Program-made: the position numbers and the translations under genes | Notes under the pieces: model-generated | What the model was told of the DNA's origin: nothing | Seen by the model: the letters and a program-made list of their open reading frames with translations, nothing else | The model's database searches: none | Shown: in pieces, positions 35,029-45,704 of the stretch | Layout: every line of letters starts with the position of its first letter | How positions within the stretch are numbered: the stretch's first letter is position 1 | Assembly (NCBI GenBank): GCA_045612665.1 | Contig: JAZKZO010000003.1 | Coordinates: 30,992 to 94,991, forward strand | Direction of reading: 5' to 3' | DNA length: 64,000 bases | Source of the DNA: Eubacteriales bacterium | GTDB taxonomy: Bacteria > Bacillota > Clostridia > Oscillospirales > CAG-272

Positions 35029-36300
35029 ATGAAAAAATTTTTATTTTTCCTTGTGATTTGCGTTTTTGCTCTTTCAATAGGTACACTAGCTCTTGAGGGA
35101 GTTTCTCCGGCAATTGATATTATAGCAGGTGAAAACGTAATGATTAAAAGCGACACAGCGGCAAGCAAAGAGATTTGCTTTGACACAAATGATTTTGACA
35201 AGCCAACCGGTACAAACGTAAGCTCTATTAAGGTAACACAAATACCGTCATCCGAGCAGGGCAAGCTGATGCTTGGTAATCTTTACATAGTAAACGGTCA
35301 AGTGATTGAGCGCGAGGATTTCTCCTCTATTAGATTCATTCCAAGAAGCAAGGATACCGAATGCACATTTAAGTTTTCGCCAAACGGAGCAAGCTATGAG
35401 CTTGAATGCATCTTAAAAACCATAAAAGAGGTAAACTTCTCTCCTGTTTCCACAAACGGAGCTTTAATTTCTGTTTGGACAGGGACAGACATTTCTCGCT
35501 TTGGAGTCCTAGACGGACACGACCCCGACGGAGATGAAATAAAATTCGAAATTGTTTCCTTGCCCGAAAAAGGACTTATTGAAATAACGAATGCCAAAAC
35601 AGGCGATTACAAATACACTCCGTTTGCAGGTGCAAGAGGTAAGGACACATTTACATACAGAGTTATGGACGAATACGGCAATTATTCAGCTGAGGCGACA
35701 GTAAACATAAAAATTGAGAAATTAAAAACTACTCTCGTCTTCTCGGATATGAGTGGAAATAAAGCCTTGAACGCGGCTTGTGTCGTTGCCGACAAATATA
35801 TGAGCGTTCAAAAAAACCAAGACGGAACTTACTCATTTGAGCCATCAAGGACCGTAACAACCGAAGAGTTTTTAGCGCTTGTTATGGACGTTATGGGTGC
35901 GAAAAACGTTCCTGTGCTTTCAAAAACAAGATTTGCTGATGACGAAAGCATTGATGCAAAATACAAGGGTTATTTTGAAAGCGCGTTTGCCTTAGGGATT
36001 ATCGAGGGCGAGAGAAAAAACGACGGAATTTACGTCAACCCAAAAGCCGAAATAACCACCGCAAATGCCTCTGTAATCATCAATAAAATAATAGGTGCAA
36101 GTGGCGAAGGAGCAAGGGCTACCTTCTCAGACGGAGAGGAAATTCCCGACTGGGCAAGAGAGTCTATTACCTCTCTTTGTGAGATTGGAATTTTAAGCTG
36201 TGAAAACGGAAAAATAAATCCGAATTCTCCGTTAACTCGTGCTCAAACTGCACAAATTTTAATGTCTCTTTTAGAATATAGAGGAAAGCTAAAACACTGA
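35029..36300 (+). CDS. secreted protein with cadherin/Ig-like repeats and C-terminal SLH domains
   Basis: Signal peptide MKKFLFFLVICVFALSIGTLA follows a GGAGG RBS. Contains DPDGDEIKFEIV and DTFTYRVMDEYGNYS repeats. There are two SLH-like modules (FSDMSGNKALNAA.. and FSDGEEIPDWARESI..). Confidence 0.7.
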   Translation: MKKFLFFLVICVFALSIGTLALEGVSPAIDIIAGENVMIKSDTAASKEICFDTNDFDKPTGTNVSSIKVTQIPSSEQGKLMLGNLYIVNGQVIEREDFSSIRFIPRSKDTECTFKFSPNGASYELECILKTIKEVNFSPVSTNGALISVWTGTDISRFGVLDGHDPDGDEIKFEIVSLPEKGLIEITNAKTGDYKYTPFAGARGKDTFTYRVMDEYGNYSAEATVNIKIEKLKTTLVFSDMSGNKALNAACVVADKYMSVQKNQDGTYSFEPSRTVTTEEFLALVMDVMGAKNVPVLSKTRFADDESIDAKYKGYFESAFALGIIEGERKNDGIYVNPKAEITTANASVIINKIIGASGEGARATFSDGEEIPDWARESITSLCEIGILSCENGKINPNSPLTRAQTAQILMSLLEYRGKLKH

Positions 36301-36310
36301 TAAATAAAGA

Positions 36311-36340
36311 AAAAAGCGTTGTTTTGTGCAACGCTTTTTA
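36311..36340 (+). terminator. rho-independent terminator of the SLH protein gene
   Basis: Hairpin AGCGTTG-TTTTGTG-CAACGCT (36315-36335) followed by a T-run. Confidence 0.75.
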
Positions 36341-36354
36341 GTTTTTATAATTTT

Positions 36355-36390
36355 CATTTTTTGAATTCTAAAATTCGAAAATTTTTAAAT
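36355..36390. repeat. AT-rich GAATTC/TTCGAA motif cluster related to 18751 and 52648
   Basis: CATTTTTTGAATTCTAAAATTCGAAAATTTTTAAATT lies between a terminator and the rqcH stop. Confidence 0.45.
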
Positions 36391-38142
36391 TCAATTCTTC
36401 ACTTGCATTTCTGATATTTTCTTCTCGCTTGGAGTAACGTAAGCGGTCCAATTTACGTGGTAAATTACATATCCCGGCTTTGCGCCCGCGGGCTTTTTTA
36501 CATTCTTTGCAGGTGTGTAATCAACGCCTATATTATCCCCCTGTGCCTTGGAGTAAAATGCGGCAATCTCGGCAGCCTCGGTGAAGTCAATTTCAGGTGG
36601 CTCTTCTCCGTCCGTTTGCATAAGCACGTGAGAGCCCGGAAGTCCCTTTACATGAAACCACCAGTCAGTTTTCGAGGCAAGCTTTGTTGTGATATAATCG
36701 TTCTGCTTATTATTCTTTCCACAAAGGACAGTGTAGCCGTTAGTTGTAACGAATTTCAAGGGTCTTGGTGCTTGCGACTTTGATGCGCTGTAATTTTTCA
36801 TTCTAGACGCATAGCCACTGTGATAAAGCTCATCTCTTATCTCGGACAAATCCGCCTCTGTTTCCGCCTTTTCAAGCGCCTCAAAAACGGTATCGATATA
36901 TTCAAGCTCCGCGCTTGCGAGTTCGATTTGCCTTGCGAGTTCAATTTGCGCCTTCTTAGCCTTATTGTATTTTTTGTAATATCTTTGGGCGTTTTGAGAT
37001 GGAGAAAGTCGCTCGTCGAGCTCAATTTCAACAGTAGGACAGGACTCCTCATAATAATTTATCACATTTACGCTCTTTTGTCCTCGCTTAAGGAGATAAA
37101 TATTTGCCGTAATGAGGTCGCCCATTAGCTTTAGCTCCTCGCTTTTTGCACAGCTTAAAAGCTCCTCGCGCTGAATTGCAATTTTCCTTGTAACTCGATT
37201 TTGAGCGTTTGCAAGAAGTCTGGTTATATCGGTTGATTTTTGACGAATTCTTTCGTTTTTGCTCTTTTTGGCATAAAACGCATCTATCAAGGCAGAAAAG
37301 CTATCCATTTTCTCAAGCTTATACGAGCTACCGTAAAAGCTAAACGGAATATACGAATATTCAACGGGCGCACCGTCAACGGATGAGGTAAGGTACGGCT
37401 CGCAAGCTCCGCTTTTTATACTCTCGATAAGCTCAAAAAGCTTTTTAGAGAGCTTTGCTCTGTCAAGCTGTCCAAGCGTTGCATCAATGTCGCCTGTGCA
37501 TTCATAGACAACCTGTCTTGCAACGGACAGTGCTATTCCCTGAAGCCTTGAGGTAATGAGCTTATCGCACTTGAGCTCGGATGATGCACTAAATATAATG
37601 CCCTCAAGCTCGTCATAAGAAATTTCCATAGTATCAAGCTTATCCTGCTTTGGCGGAAGCTCGTATGTCATTCCAGGGAGAATTTGTCTTTGAGTGCTTG
37701 TTGAAAAATCTATCGTTTTAAGAGCGGAAATGATTTTTTTAGAGCTATCTGCAAAAATTATGTTACTGTATTTGCCCATAATTTCGCAAATTAGATACTT
37801 TTTGGATTTGAAGCCCATTTCATCATATGCCTCAAACTCAAGCTCGCACGCGCGCTCGTATCCGTATTGAGTTGCGCCCAAAAGCTTAGCCCCTGCAAGA
37901 TGCTTTCTCAAAAGCATACAAAACATCGGTGCTTTTATTGGATTTTCGGTTTTTGAGGCCGTGAAATTCATTCTTGGATAGTTAGAGCCCGCATTTATCA
38001 AAAGCTTATAGCTTTCTCTACCTGCATGGAGTAAAATAACAAGCTCATCATTTACCGGTTGATATATTTTTTCAACCTTACATACTCCAAGCCTATTTAT
38101 CTCACCGACAACCAAACGAAGAATACCCGCATCGTATGCCAT
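36391..38142 (-). CDS. rqcH: ribosome quality control protein RqcH (NFACT / fibronectin-binding protein A family)
   Basis: 583 aa with an NFACT-N start (MAYDAGILRLVVGEIN), a coiled-coil middle region and a C-terminal NFACT-R (WFHVKGLPGSHV). Confidence 0.85.
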   Translation of the reverse strand: MAYDAGILRLVVGEINRLGVCKVEKIYQPVNDELVILLHAGRESYKLLINAGSNYPRMNFTASKTENPIKAPMFCMLLRKHLAGAKLLGATQYGYERACELEFEAYDEMGFKSKKYLICEIMGKYSNIIFADSSKKIISALKTIDFSTSTQRQILPGMTYELPPKQDKLDTMEISYDELEGIIFSASSELKCDKLITSRLQGIALSVARQVVYECTGDIDATLGQLDRAKLSKKLFELIESIKSGACEPYLTSSVDGAPVEYSYIPFSFYGSSYKLEKMDSFSALIDAFYAKKSKNERIRQKSTDITRLLANAQNRVTRKIAIQREELLSCAKSEELKLMGDLITANIYLLKRGQKSVNVINYYEESCPTVEIELDERLSPSQNAQRYYKKYNKAKKAQIELARQIELASAELEYIDTVFEALEKAETEADLSEIRDELYHSGYASRMKNYSASKSQAPRPLKFVTTNGYTVLCGKNNKQNDYITTKLASKTDWWFHVKGLPGSHVLMQTDGEEPPEIDFTEAAEIAAFYSKAQGDNIGVDYTPAKNVKKPAGAKPGYVIYHVNWTAYVTPSEKKISEMQVKN

Positions 38143-38320
38143 ATCATTTTCCTTTCTTAAAATCGTATTACAGTACCTATTTTACTACAAAAACCACGCC
38201 AAGTCAAATATTTTTATAATATTTTATAAAATAATGTGGAAATTTTATTTTATTTATGTTATACTAAACTGTAAACCTATGGCATTTTGTTGCCAAATAC
38301 CCCTTATGGAAGGATAAAAA

Positions 38321-40690
38321 ATGATTACATATAACGAAATATGCGAAAAATATACATTACCGCTTTTGCCGATGCGCGGAGTGATTGCATTCCCCGAGGT
38401 TTCAATTAGCTTCGAGGTTGCGCGTTCTTTTTCAAAGACTGCACTCGAAACCGCACAAAAGCTTGGTTCATACATATTCCTCGTGGCTCAAAAGGACCAC
38501 TCCGAGGAAGAAAAGATAATTCGAAATGTTGAAAATGTTGGTGTTATCGCGAAAATCAAGCAGGTTATTGCATCAAGTGATGGCAATTTGAAGGCGGTTG
38601 TTGAGGGCATTGCCCGTGCCGAGGTGGTTGAAGTTTCAAGAGCATCAGGCTATTACATCGCCGATATTAACAAGAAAACCATCGAGGTAGAAGGATATTC
38701 GGAGTCAAAGAAGGAAGCGCTTTTGAGAGCTATCAAGTCAAAGGCAAGCTCAATCGTTTCGATGTTCCCTACTCCGTCCAAGGACTTTATATCGAAAATC
38801 ACTCTTTGCGAGGATATCGATTTTCTTTGCGATTTTACCGCATCAAATCTCCTTGTAAAGCTCGAGGACAAGCAGGCTGTTCTTAACGAATTCGATCCAT
38901 ATAAGAGAGCCGATGTTCTTGTAAAAATTCTTGCAAAAGAAGCTAAAATTATAAAAATCGAAGCCTCAATTCAAAGAAAGACAAAGGAAAAAATCGACGA
39001 AAGTCAAAAGGATTACTACCTACGCGAGCAGCTCAAGGTTATTCAAAGCGAGCTTGGCAACGATACGCAAAGCGATTCCGAGGAAATTTACGAGGAAATC
39101 ATGTCTAAGAAGTTCCCAAAAGAGGTCGAGGACAAGCTTTTGAAGGAGCTTTACAAATTCAATAAGGCTCCGTTTGGCACGCCTGAATCGACTGTTTTGC
39201 GCGCTTATCTTGAAACCTGCCTTGAAATTCCTTTCAACAAGTACACAAAGGATGCAACCGACGTTAGCGTTGCAAGAAGGGTGCTTGACGATGACCATTA
39301 CGGTCTACAAAAGGTAAAGGAAAGAATTCTTGAATTTATCGCCGTAAAGGAGTTAAATCCTGAAATTAAAAATCAAATTATATGTCTTGTAGGCCCTCCC
39401 GGTGTTGGTAAGACCTCTCTTTGCTCGTCTATTGCACGTGCGCTCAAGCGCAAATACGTGCGTGTTTCTCTTGGCGGTATTAGAGATGAAGCTGATATTC
39501 GCGGACATAGAAAAACCTACGTAGGTGCTATGCCTGGACGTATTATAAATGCCCTTATTGAGTGTCAAAGTGCAAATCCGCTTATGGTACTTGATGAGAT
39601 TGACAAAATGGCATCGGATTCTCGCGGAGATCCCGCTTCTGCTATGCTTGAGGTGCTTGACAGTGAGCAAAACAAGTCGTTTAGAGATCATTTCGTTGAG
39701 ATGAGTGTTGACCTCTCGCACTGTATGTTTGTCGCTACTGCTAACTCTCTTGATGGCATTCCAAAGCCTTTAATTGACAGAATGGAAATTATCGAGCTTT
39801 CCTCTTATACCAAGGTTGAGAAGCTCAATATTGCCAAAAATCACTTGATTCCAAAGCAAATCAAAAGACACGGACTTACAAAGCGCAACTTCAAAATTTC
39901 AGACTCTGCAATTTTGGAGATAATCGACTCATATACCGCCGAGGCAGGTGTTAGAAATCTCGAGCGCGAGATTGCTTCTCTTTGTCGCAAGGCAGCAAAG
40001 CAAATTATTGAGGATGGCGCTACTACGGTTAGTGTAAGCGTTAAAAATCTTGGCAAGCTTCTTGGAACAAAGAAGTTCGAGGCTGAAAAAATTGACGAAT
40101 TTAATCAGGTTGGTGTCGTGAACGGTATGGCATACACCTCTATTGGTGGAGATTTACTAAAAATCGAAGCCTCGATTATGAAGGGCACAGGAAAAATTCA
40201 GCTTACCGGTCAGCTTGGTGAGGTTATGAAGGAATCCGCCGAGATTGCAGTAAGCTACATTCGCGAAAATGCGGAAAAGCTTGGAATCGATCCTGATTTC
40301 TATTCAAAGACCGATATTCATATTCACGCCCCCGAGGGTGCTATTCCAAAGGACGGACCAAGTGCAGGCGTTACTATGACCACTGCCCTTGTAAGTATTC
40401 TTAGCGGTCGCCCTGTTCGACGCGACGTTGCTATGACAGGTGAGATTACCTTGCGTGGCAAGGTGCTTCCTATCGGTGGTTTGCGTGAAAAAACTCTTGC
40501 AGCCTACTCCGCGGGAGTAAAAACCATTCTCATCCCCGAGAAAAACATAAAGAATTTGGACGAGGTTGAGAGTGTTGTCAAGGAAAACGTGGAATTCATT
40601 CCTTGTAAGACTCTTGACGATATATTTGACGTTGCTTTTGCAGGTGAGGAAATTATAACCGCATTTATCGGACACTACGCAAACGCATAA
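38321..40690 (+). CDS. lon: ATP-dependent Lon protease (endopeptidase La)
   Basis: 789 aa with an N-terminal LON domain ([13 protein letters not shown]), Walker [10 protein letters not shown], and the catalytic site PKDGPSAG with a downstream Lys. Confidence 0.97.
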   Translation: MITYNEICEKYTLPLLPMRGVIAFPEVSISFEVARSFSKTALETAQKLGSYIFLVAQKDHSEEEKIIRNVENVGVIAKIKQVIASSDGNLKAVVEGIARAEVVEVSRASGYYIADINKKTIEVEGYSESKKEALLRAIKSKASSIVSMFPTPSKDFISKITLCEDIDFLCDFTASNLLVKLEDKQAVLNEFDPYKRADVLVKILAKEAKIIKIEASIQRKTKEKIDESQKDYYLREQLKVIQSELGNDTQSDSEEIYEEIMSKKFPKEVEDKLLKELYKFNKAPFGTPESTVLRAYLETCLEIPFNKYTKDATDVSVARRVLDDDHYGLQKVKERILEFIAVKELNPEIKNQIICLVGPPGVGKTSLCSSIARALKRKYVRVSLGGIRDEADIRGHRKTYVGAMPGRIINALIECQSANPLMVLDEIDKMASDSRGDPASAMLEVLDSEQNKSFRDHFVEMSVDLSHCMFVATANSLDGIPKPLIDRMEIIELSSYTKVEKLNIAKNHLIPKQIKRHGLTKRNFKISDSAILEIIDSYTAEAGVRNLEREIASLCRKAAKQIIEDGATTVSVSVKNLGKLLGTKKFEAEKIDEFNQVGVVNGMAYTSIGGDLLKIEASIMKGTGKIQLTGQLGEVMKESAEIAVSYIRENAEKLGIDPDFYSKTDIHIHAPEGAIPKDGPSAGVTMTTALVSILSGRPVRRDVAMTGEITLRGKVLPIGGLREKTLAAYSAGVKTILIPEKNIKNLDEVESVVKENVEFIPCKTLDDIFDVAFAGEEIITAFIGHYANA

Positions 40691-40708
40691 CGAGTATAGG
40701 TGATTTAC

Positions 40709-41308
40709 ATGAAAATTAACACAAATAACGTTTCTCTTAAAATAAGTGCTGGAAAGCCATCTCAATTTTTGAAAAATCCTATTCCGCAAATCGCGTTTTC
40801 AGGACGTTCAAACGTTGGAAAGAGCTCTCTTATCAACACTCTTTTGGGAAGAAAATCTCTTGCACGCGTAAGTAGCGCGCCCGGTAAAACAATAACCGTT
40901 AATTTTTACGACGTTGACTCAAAGCTTTTCTTGGTTGACTTGCCCGGCTACGGCTATGCAAAGCGCACGGCACAGGAGCAGCTTGTGTGGTCAAGCCTTG
41001 TTGACGGATATTTTACAAACAATCCTAATTTCGACCTTTTGAAATTGGTTGTTCAGCTCGTTGATTCAAGGATTGGATATACCAAGGACGACATTGATAT
41101 GATTTCGTTTATGAACGAGATGGATATTCCTTACGTGATTGTGGCTACAAAAACCGACAAGCTCAACAAAACCGAGCGCAAAAAATCAGTTGAAGCACTT
41201 ATTACTAATCCGGTATTAAGACCGGAAACAACTATAATTCTCTTTTCCTCTGAAACTCGCGAGGGAAAGGAAGATCTTTGGAAAGAAATTTTTAGATACG
41301 CTGAATAA
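40709..41308 (+). CDS. engB: ribosome biogenesis GTP-binding protein EngB/YsxC
   Basis: G1 motif GRSNVGKSSLIN, G3 DLPGYG and G4 TKTDK. The lon-ysxC synteny is as in Bacillus. ATG 40709 follows an AGGTGA RBS. Confidence 0.9.
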   Translation: MKINTNNVSLKISAGKPSQFLKNPIPQIAFSGRSNVGKSSLINTLLGRKSLARVSSAPGKTITVNFYDVDSKLFLVDLPGYGYAKRTAQEQLVWSSLVDGYFTNNPNFDLLKLVVQLVDSRIGYTKDDIDMISFMNEMDIPYVIVATKTDKLNKTERKKSVEALITNPVLRPETTIILFSSETREGKEDLWKEIFRYAE

Positions 41309-41309
41309 A

Positions 41310-41981
41310 ATGGATAAAATAATAGAATTACTCATATCAGTACCGATTATTTTAATTGCACTCACCTTTCACGAGTGCGCTCACGGCTTTGTTGCATACA
41401 AGCTGGGCGATCCTACCGCAAAAAGCCTTGGTAGGCTTACACTCAATCCTATCAAGCACATTGATATAGTTGGTGCAATTTGTATGCTATTCTTCCGTTT
41501 TGGTTGGGCAAAGCCTGTTCCTATCAATTCAAGATTTTTCAAAAAGCCAAAACGAGATATCGCACTAAGTGCGCTTGCAGGTCCTTTGGCAAATCTTTTG
41601 CTTGCGTTTTTCGGTTGCTTTATTTATTCGATATCGCTCAAAATTTTTGCAAGCATAGCCTTTACCGAAACAAATTTTGCATTTTGGCTTTACTACGCAT
41701 GGAATCTATTCGTTTTCAACTTTGCGTGGCTTAATATTGCTCTTGCACTTTTCAATCTAATACCGTTGCCACCGCTTGACGGCTCACGAATTTTCTACGC
41801 TTTCTTGCCTGAAAGGGCGTATTTCAAGGTTATGAAATACGAGCGAGAAATCGCGGCAGGATTTTTCATCCTTCTTTTCTTGGATTCGAGATTTTTAGGC
41901 GGTTATATAACAGGTGGACTTTCATTTGTTGTAAATTTCGTTTTCAACGCTATGATGTCCCTATTCTCTCTTATCTTCTGA
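41310..41981 (+). CDS. site-2 protease family (M50) membrane metalloprotease
   Basis: HECAHG (HExxH) lies in a TM helix, and NLIPLPPLDGSRI provides the second zinc-ligand motif. Confidence 0.8.
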   Translation: MDKIIELLISVPIILIALTFHECAHGFVAYKLGDPTAKSLGRLTLNPIKHIDIVGAICMLFFRFGWAKPVPINSRFFKKPKRDIALSALAGPLANLLLAFFGCFIYSISLKIFASIAFTETNFAFWLYYAWNLFVFNFAWLNIALALFNLIPLPPLDGSRIFYAFLPERAYFKVMKYEREIAAGFFILLFLDSRFLGGYITGGLSFVVNFVFNAMMSLFSLIF

Positions 41982-41988
41982 GGTTAAA

Positions 41989-42837
41989 ATGGAACAAAAT
42001 CAAATCAACACTGAAATTGACGAGCTTGAGGAAGAGCTTAACTCGGACGAAATAATCTACATTCTTGACGAATTTAGAGGACCGTTGTCAGTTCTTCTTT
42101 CACTTGTTACAAAGAATAAAATGGATATCAAAGATATCCAAATATCAGTTCTTTGCGACCAATATATGCAATATATTGAGGATATGCAATCTATGAATAT
42201 CGACCTTGCAGCCGAGTTTATAGTTATGGCATCTCACCTTATGCATATAAAAAGCAAGGTTCTTTTGCCAAGGCCGTCCGAGGATGAGGAGGACCCACGC
42301 GAAGCGCTTGCTCGCGCACTTATGCTCCAAGCCGAATACGAGCGCGCAAAGGAAGCATCTCAAGAGCTCAATGCTATGTTTACTCAATTTAGCGGACGCT
42401 TTGTAAAGGATACCGACGAAATCTCCGCGGACCGTTCATACGTTGCTGAGCACGACGTAAATTTGCTATCTGCCGCCGTTATGAAGATAATGAGTACTAT
42501 TCGTGTTCAAGATGAGGAAATTGCCTCGGAAAAGATAAAGCCTCTTATTAGCACAAGAACCGTTTCGGTTTCCGAGCGCGTTTACTATATTTTGAGGCTT
42601 TTGCTTGAAAAGAACGGTAGAATTAACGCTCTCGAATGCTTTGCCGATAACAGGACAAGGCACGAGGTGGTTGCCACGTTTATGGCGATTTTGGAAATGC
42701 TAAAGGCAGGACGTATATCCATTATGGAAGACGTAGATGCAATACAAAGGGATGGCGTTATTGACCTTGCAAACAACATTTATTTAAAGCTTTATCCCGG
42801 AAAAATCAGAAACACTGAGGAAGAACAAAATGGATAA
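41989..42837 (+). CDS. scpA: segregation and condensation protein A
   Basis: 282 aa with FRGPLSVLLSLVTKNKMDIKDIQIS, followed by an overlapping scpB. Confidence 0.88.
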   Translation: MEQNQINTEIDELEEELNSDEIIYILDEFRGPLSVLLSLVTKNKMDIKDIQISVLCDQYMQYIEDMQSMNIDLAAEFIVMASHLMHIKSKVLLPRPSEDEEDPREALARALMLQAEYERAKEASQELNAMFTQFSGRFVKDTDEISADRSYVAEHDVNLLSAAVMKIMSTIRVQDEEIASEKIKPLISTRTVSVSERVYYILRLLLEKNGRINALECFADNRTRHEVVATFMAILEMLKAGRISIMEDVDAIQRDGVIDLANNIYLKLYPGKIRNTEEEQNG

Positions 42838-43477
42838 CATTCAAAACAACGAAGAAATAAAGCAAATCGACAGTAAAAATCTCGAAAAGGCGATTGAGGC
42901 TATTCTCTTTGCCGCAGGACATCCCGTTACGTATGCAAAGCTTGCAGAGGTGCTTGGATATTTTGAGGCAACAATTAAGAAAAAGGTTATCGCATTTGCC
43001 GAAAAATATAACGATAACGAAAGACGAGGCATTATGCTTCTCGCCTTTGAAAATTCCTGCCAGCTTTGTACAAGAGAGGAATTTTTGCCATACATAAAGG
43101 CTACTCTTGGCATAAGAAAGGGCGGAAATCTTTCCGGCTCTTCTCTTGAGGTGCTTGCGATTATTGCATACAATCAGCCAACAACAAGAGCTTTTGTTGA
43201 CGAGGTAAGAGGTGTTGACAGCTCGTATATTATGGGAAGCCTTCTTGAAAAAAATCTCATAGAGATTTGTGGCAGACTTGACGTGCCCGGCAGACCTAAC
43301 CTTTATAGAACCACTCCTACATTTTTAAGATGCTTTGGAATCGAAACGCTTGAGCAACTGCCTTACGTTGAAATTCAAAGAGCCGAAAATGAGGGTGAAA
43401 TCATTCCTCTTGACATTGAATTTATGCCATCAGAGGATGTTGCACCTGCCGACGGGGAGCAAAGCGAAGAAATCTAA
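42830..43477 (+). CDS. scpB: segregation and condensation protein B
   Basis: 215 aa with IEAILFAAGHPV and LEVLAIIAYNQPTTRAFVDEVRGV. Confidence 0.88.
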   Translation: MDNIQNNEEIKQIDSKNLEKAIEAILFAAGHPVTYAKLAEVLGYFEATIKKKVIAFAEKYNDNERRGIMLLAFENSCQLCTREEFLPYIKATLGIRKGGNLSGSSLEVLAIIAYNQPTTRAFVDEVRGVDSSYIMGSLLEKNLIEICGRLDVPGRPNLYRTTPTFLRCFGIETLEQLPYVEIQRAENEGEIIPLDIEFMPSEDVAPADGEQSEEI

Positions 43478-43495
43478 TCCTGAAGGGAGACTTTT

Positions 43496-44137
43496 ATGCC
43501 TGCTATCGCAATTTGGGGAATAGTTTTAGGCGCGATTGCCTTAGTTATCGCGTTTATTCTCTCTATTCGCATAAAAGTTATTGTAAGCTTCAAGGATGGA
43601 AAGCTCTTAGCGCATAAAAAAATCCTATTTTTTAACAATCAAGTATATCCCAAGCTAAAAAAGAAGAAAAAAAGGCATCCTGGAATTTTGCGAGAAACAA
43701 CTGACCAAATAGTTGAAAGCGAGGATCCAAGACAAATTGCCAAGATGATTATCGCTCTTAAGGAATTTATTGCAAAGGTTCTTTTTGACTTGCTTGATAA
43801 GGCGAATATAAAGGTTGTAAGAATTCACGCATCTATTGGTACAAGTGATGCAGCTACTACCGCAATTGCACATTCTCTTGTTGTACAGTGCGCTGCATAT
43901 CTTGTTGAATTTTTGGACAATTATTCTAATATTGATTTATCGGGAAAGGCCGACATTGATATAAGACCTGACTTTTTATCTCAAAAATCTTGGGCTGAAA
44001 TAAATTGCGTTTTTCATTTGCGCGTTATTACTGCTCTGTTTTTGAGACTCGAAACTATTATCACATTACTTAAAATTGAAAACATTGAAGAAATTTTATC
44101 GGAGGTTATAAAAAATGGAACAATCGAGACAAAGTGA
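43496..44137 (+). CDS. DUF2953/YtfI-like sporulation-associated membrane protein
   Basis: N-terminal TM helix. The gene immediately precedes and overlaps ytfJ, as in the ytfI-ytfJ pair. The call rests on synteny plus overall composition. Confidence 0.5.
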   Translation: MPAIAIWGIVLGAIALVIAFILSIRIKVIVSFKDGKLLAHKKILFFNNQVYPKLKKKKKRHPGILRETTDQIVESEDPRQIAKMIIALKEFIAKVLFDLLDKANIKVVRIHASIGTSDAATTAIAHSLVVQCAAYLVEFLDNYSNIDLSGKADIDIRPDFLSQKSWAEINCVFHLRVITALFLRLETIITLLKIENIEEILSEVIKNGTIETK

Positions 44138-44522
44138 AATCATTAAATCTGCACTTGAAAACGTTAAGAGCATGGTTGATGCAAACACAGTTACCGGTAC
44201 TCCAATTACTACCGACAGTGGCGCTGTAATCATTCCTATTTCAAAGGTATTTGTTGGAATGACCTCAGGCGGAGTTGACTATTTTGGAAAAAGAAATGCT
44301 TCTGTAAAGAACTTTGGCGGCGGTGGCGGAACTGGCGTTACCGTTTCTCCCGTTGGATTTTTGACAATCAGCCCAAAGGGAAAGGTTTCCTTTATAAACG
44401 TTGAAGCAGCAAAGGATCCTGTTACAAGAGTTGTTGATTTGGTAGAAAGCACACCTGAGCTTATCGAAAAAATCAAGAAGCTTTTTGAAAAAAAGGAAGA
44501 AGCTACACCTAACGACAAATAA
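44115..44522 (+). CDS. ytfJ: GerW/YtfJ family sporulation protein
   Basis: 135 aa with TGTPITTDSGAVIIPISKV, a glycine run GGGGGTGVTVSPVGFL, and a GGAGG RBS. Confidence 0.8.
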   Translation: MEQSRQSEIIKSALENVKSMVDANTVTGTPITTDSGAVIIPISKVFVGMTSGGVDYFGKRNASVKNFGGGGGTGVTVSPVGFLTISPKGKVSFINVEAAKDPVTRVVDLVESTPELIEKIKKLFEKKEEATPNDK

Positions 44523-44588
44523 AACCACGCTAAAATCGAATTTTTTAAGCATAATATTCTTGACGATATTTATTTTAAGGGGATTTTT

Positions 44589-45704
44589 ATGCTTAAAAGG
44601 ATTTTGCTTTGCTTTTTATTTCTATTTTCTCTTGCGCTTTTCAAAACACAAGGGAACGCATTAGAGGTTTCTGCTAAAAATGCTATTTTAATAGAATGTG
44701 AAAGCGGAGATATAATATTTTCAAAAAACTCATCATCAAAAGCGCCTATGGCAAGCACTACAAAGATAATGACTGCCATTGTTGCAATTGAAAACGGCGA
44801 GCTTGACAAAAGGATTAAAATTCCTTTTGAGGCAACGGGCGTTGAGGGCTCGTCGATATATTTGAAGGACGGCGAGGAGTTAACCTTAAGAGAGCTTCTC
44901 TATGCTCTTCTTTTGGAGAGTGCCAATGACGCGAGTGTAGCAATTGCAATTGAGATAGGTGGAAGTATTGACGGCTTTGCCGAAATGATGAACGACAAGG
45001 CCTTAGAGCTTGGACTTGAAAGCACTCATTTTACAAATCCGCACGGGCTTGATGATGAAAATCACTACACTAGTGCACACGACCTTGCACTCATTGCAAG
45101 ATATGCTATGCAAAATCCTTGCTTTTGCGAGATTGTAGGCACTAAAAAAGAGATGATTCCTTCTCTTGACGGACAACGAGTTCTCGTAAATCACAACAAG
45201 CTCTTAAAGAGCTTTGACGGTGCTATCGGCATCAAGACGGGATTTACGAAAAAAAGCGGACGGTGTCTTGTTTCCTGTGCGGAGCGTGAGGGAGTTAGGC
45301 TTATTGCTGTAACGCTTAATGCACCAAGTGATTGGAATGACCATACTCTTATGCTCGAAAAGGGCTTTGATGAATATGAATATTTGAGCTTGGCTGACAT
45401 TGGCGATTATACTCTTTCTCTACACTGCGTCAACGGACGCAAAAGCGAGGTTTATTGCGGAAATTTATCCTCACTTGGGATAACTCTAAAAAAGGGACAA
45501 GCCGACAAATTAAGCGCACGCTTTGAAAGCGAAAGATTTATATTTGCTCCTATAAAGCAAGGCACGCGCGTTGGAAAAGTCGTTTATTCTATTGACGGCA
45601 AGGAAGTCGCATCTCTTGATATATGCGCACTCGAAAGCGTGCAACCAGCACAATACAAAAAATCTATTTTCGAAAGAATTTTAAGTAAACATGGAAAAAA
45701 TTAG
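44589..45704 (+). CDS. D-alanyl-D-alanine carboxypeptidase (PBP5 family, S11), sporulation-type context
   Basis: Signal peptide, SxxK (ASTTK), SxN (SAND) and KTG (KTGFT), plus a C-terminal PBP5 beta domain. Confidence 0.9.
   Translation: MLKRILLCFLFLFSLALFKTQGNALEVSAKNAILIECESGDIIFSKNSSSKAPMASTTKIMTAIVAIENGELDKRIKIPFEATGVEGSSIYLKDGEELTLRELLYALLLESANDASVAIAIEIGGSIDGFAEMMNDKALELGLESTHFTNPHGLDDENHYTSAHDLALIARYAMQNPCFCEIVGTKKEMIPSLDGQRVLVNHNKLLKSFDGAIGIKTGFTKKSGRCLVSCAEREGVRLIAVTLNAPSDWNDHTLMLEKGFDEYEYLSLADIGDYTLSLHCVNGRKSEVYCGNLSSLGITLKKGQADKLSARFESERFIFAPIKQGTRVGKVVYSIDGKEVASLDICALESVQPAQYKKSIFERILSKHGKN

Noticed and set aside
40304-40789. 161-aa minus-strand ORF over the lon 3' end and engB start
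   Set aside because: It is antisense to two well-supported genes and has no RBS.
44523-44588. Possible forespore sigma-F/G-type promoter (GCATA ... TATTTTA) upstream of the D-Ala-D-Ala carboxypeptidase gene
   Set aside because: The spacing and the -10 match are too weak to support from sequence alone.
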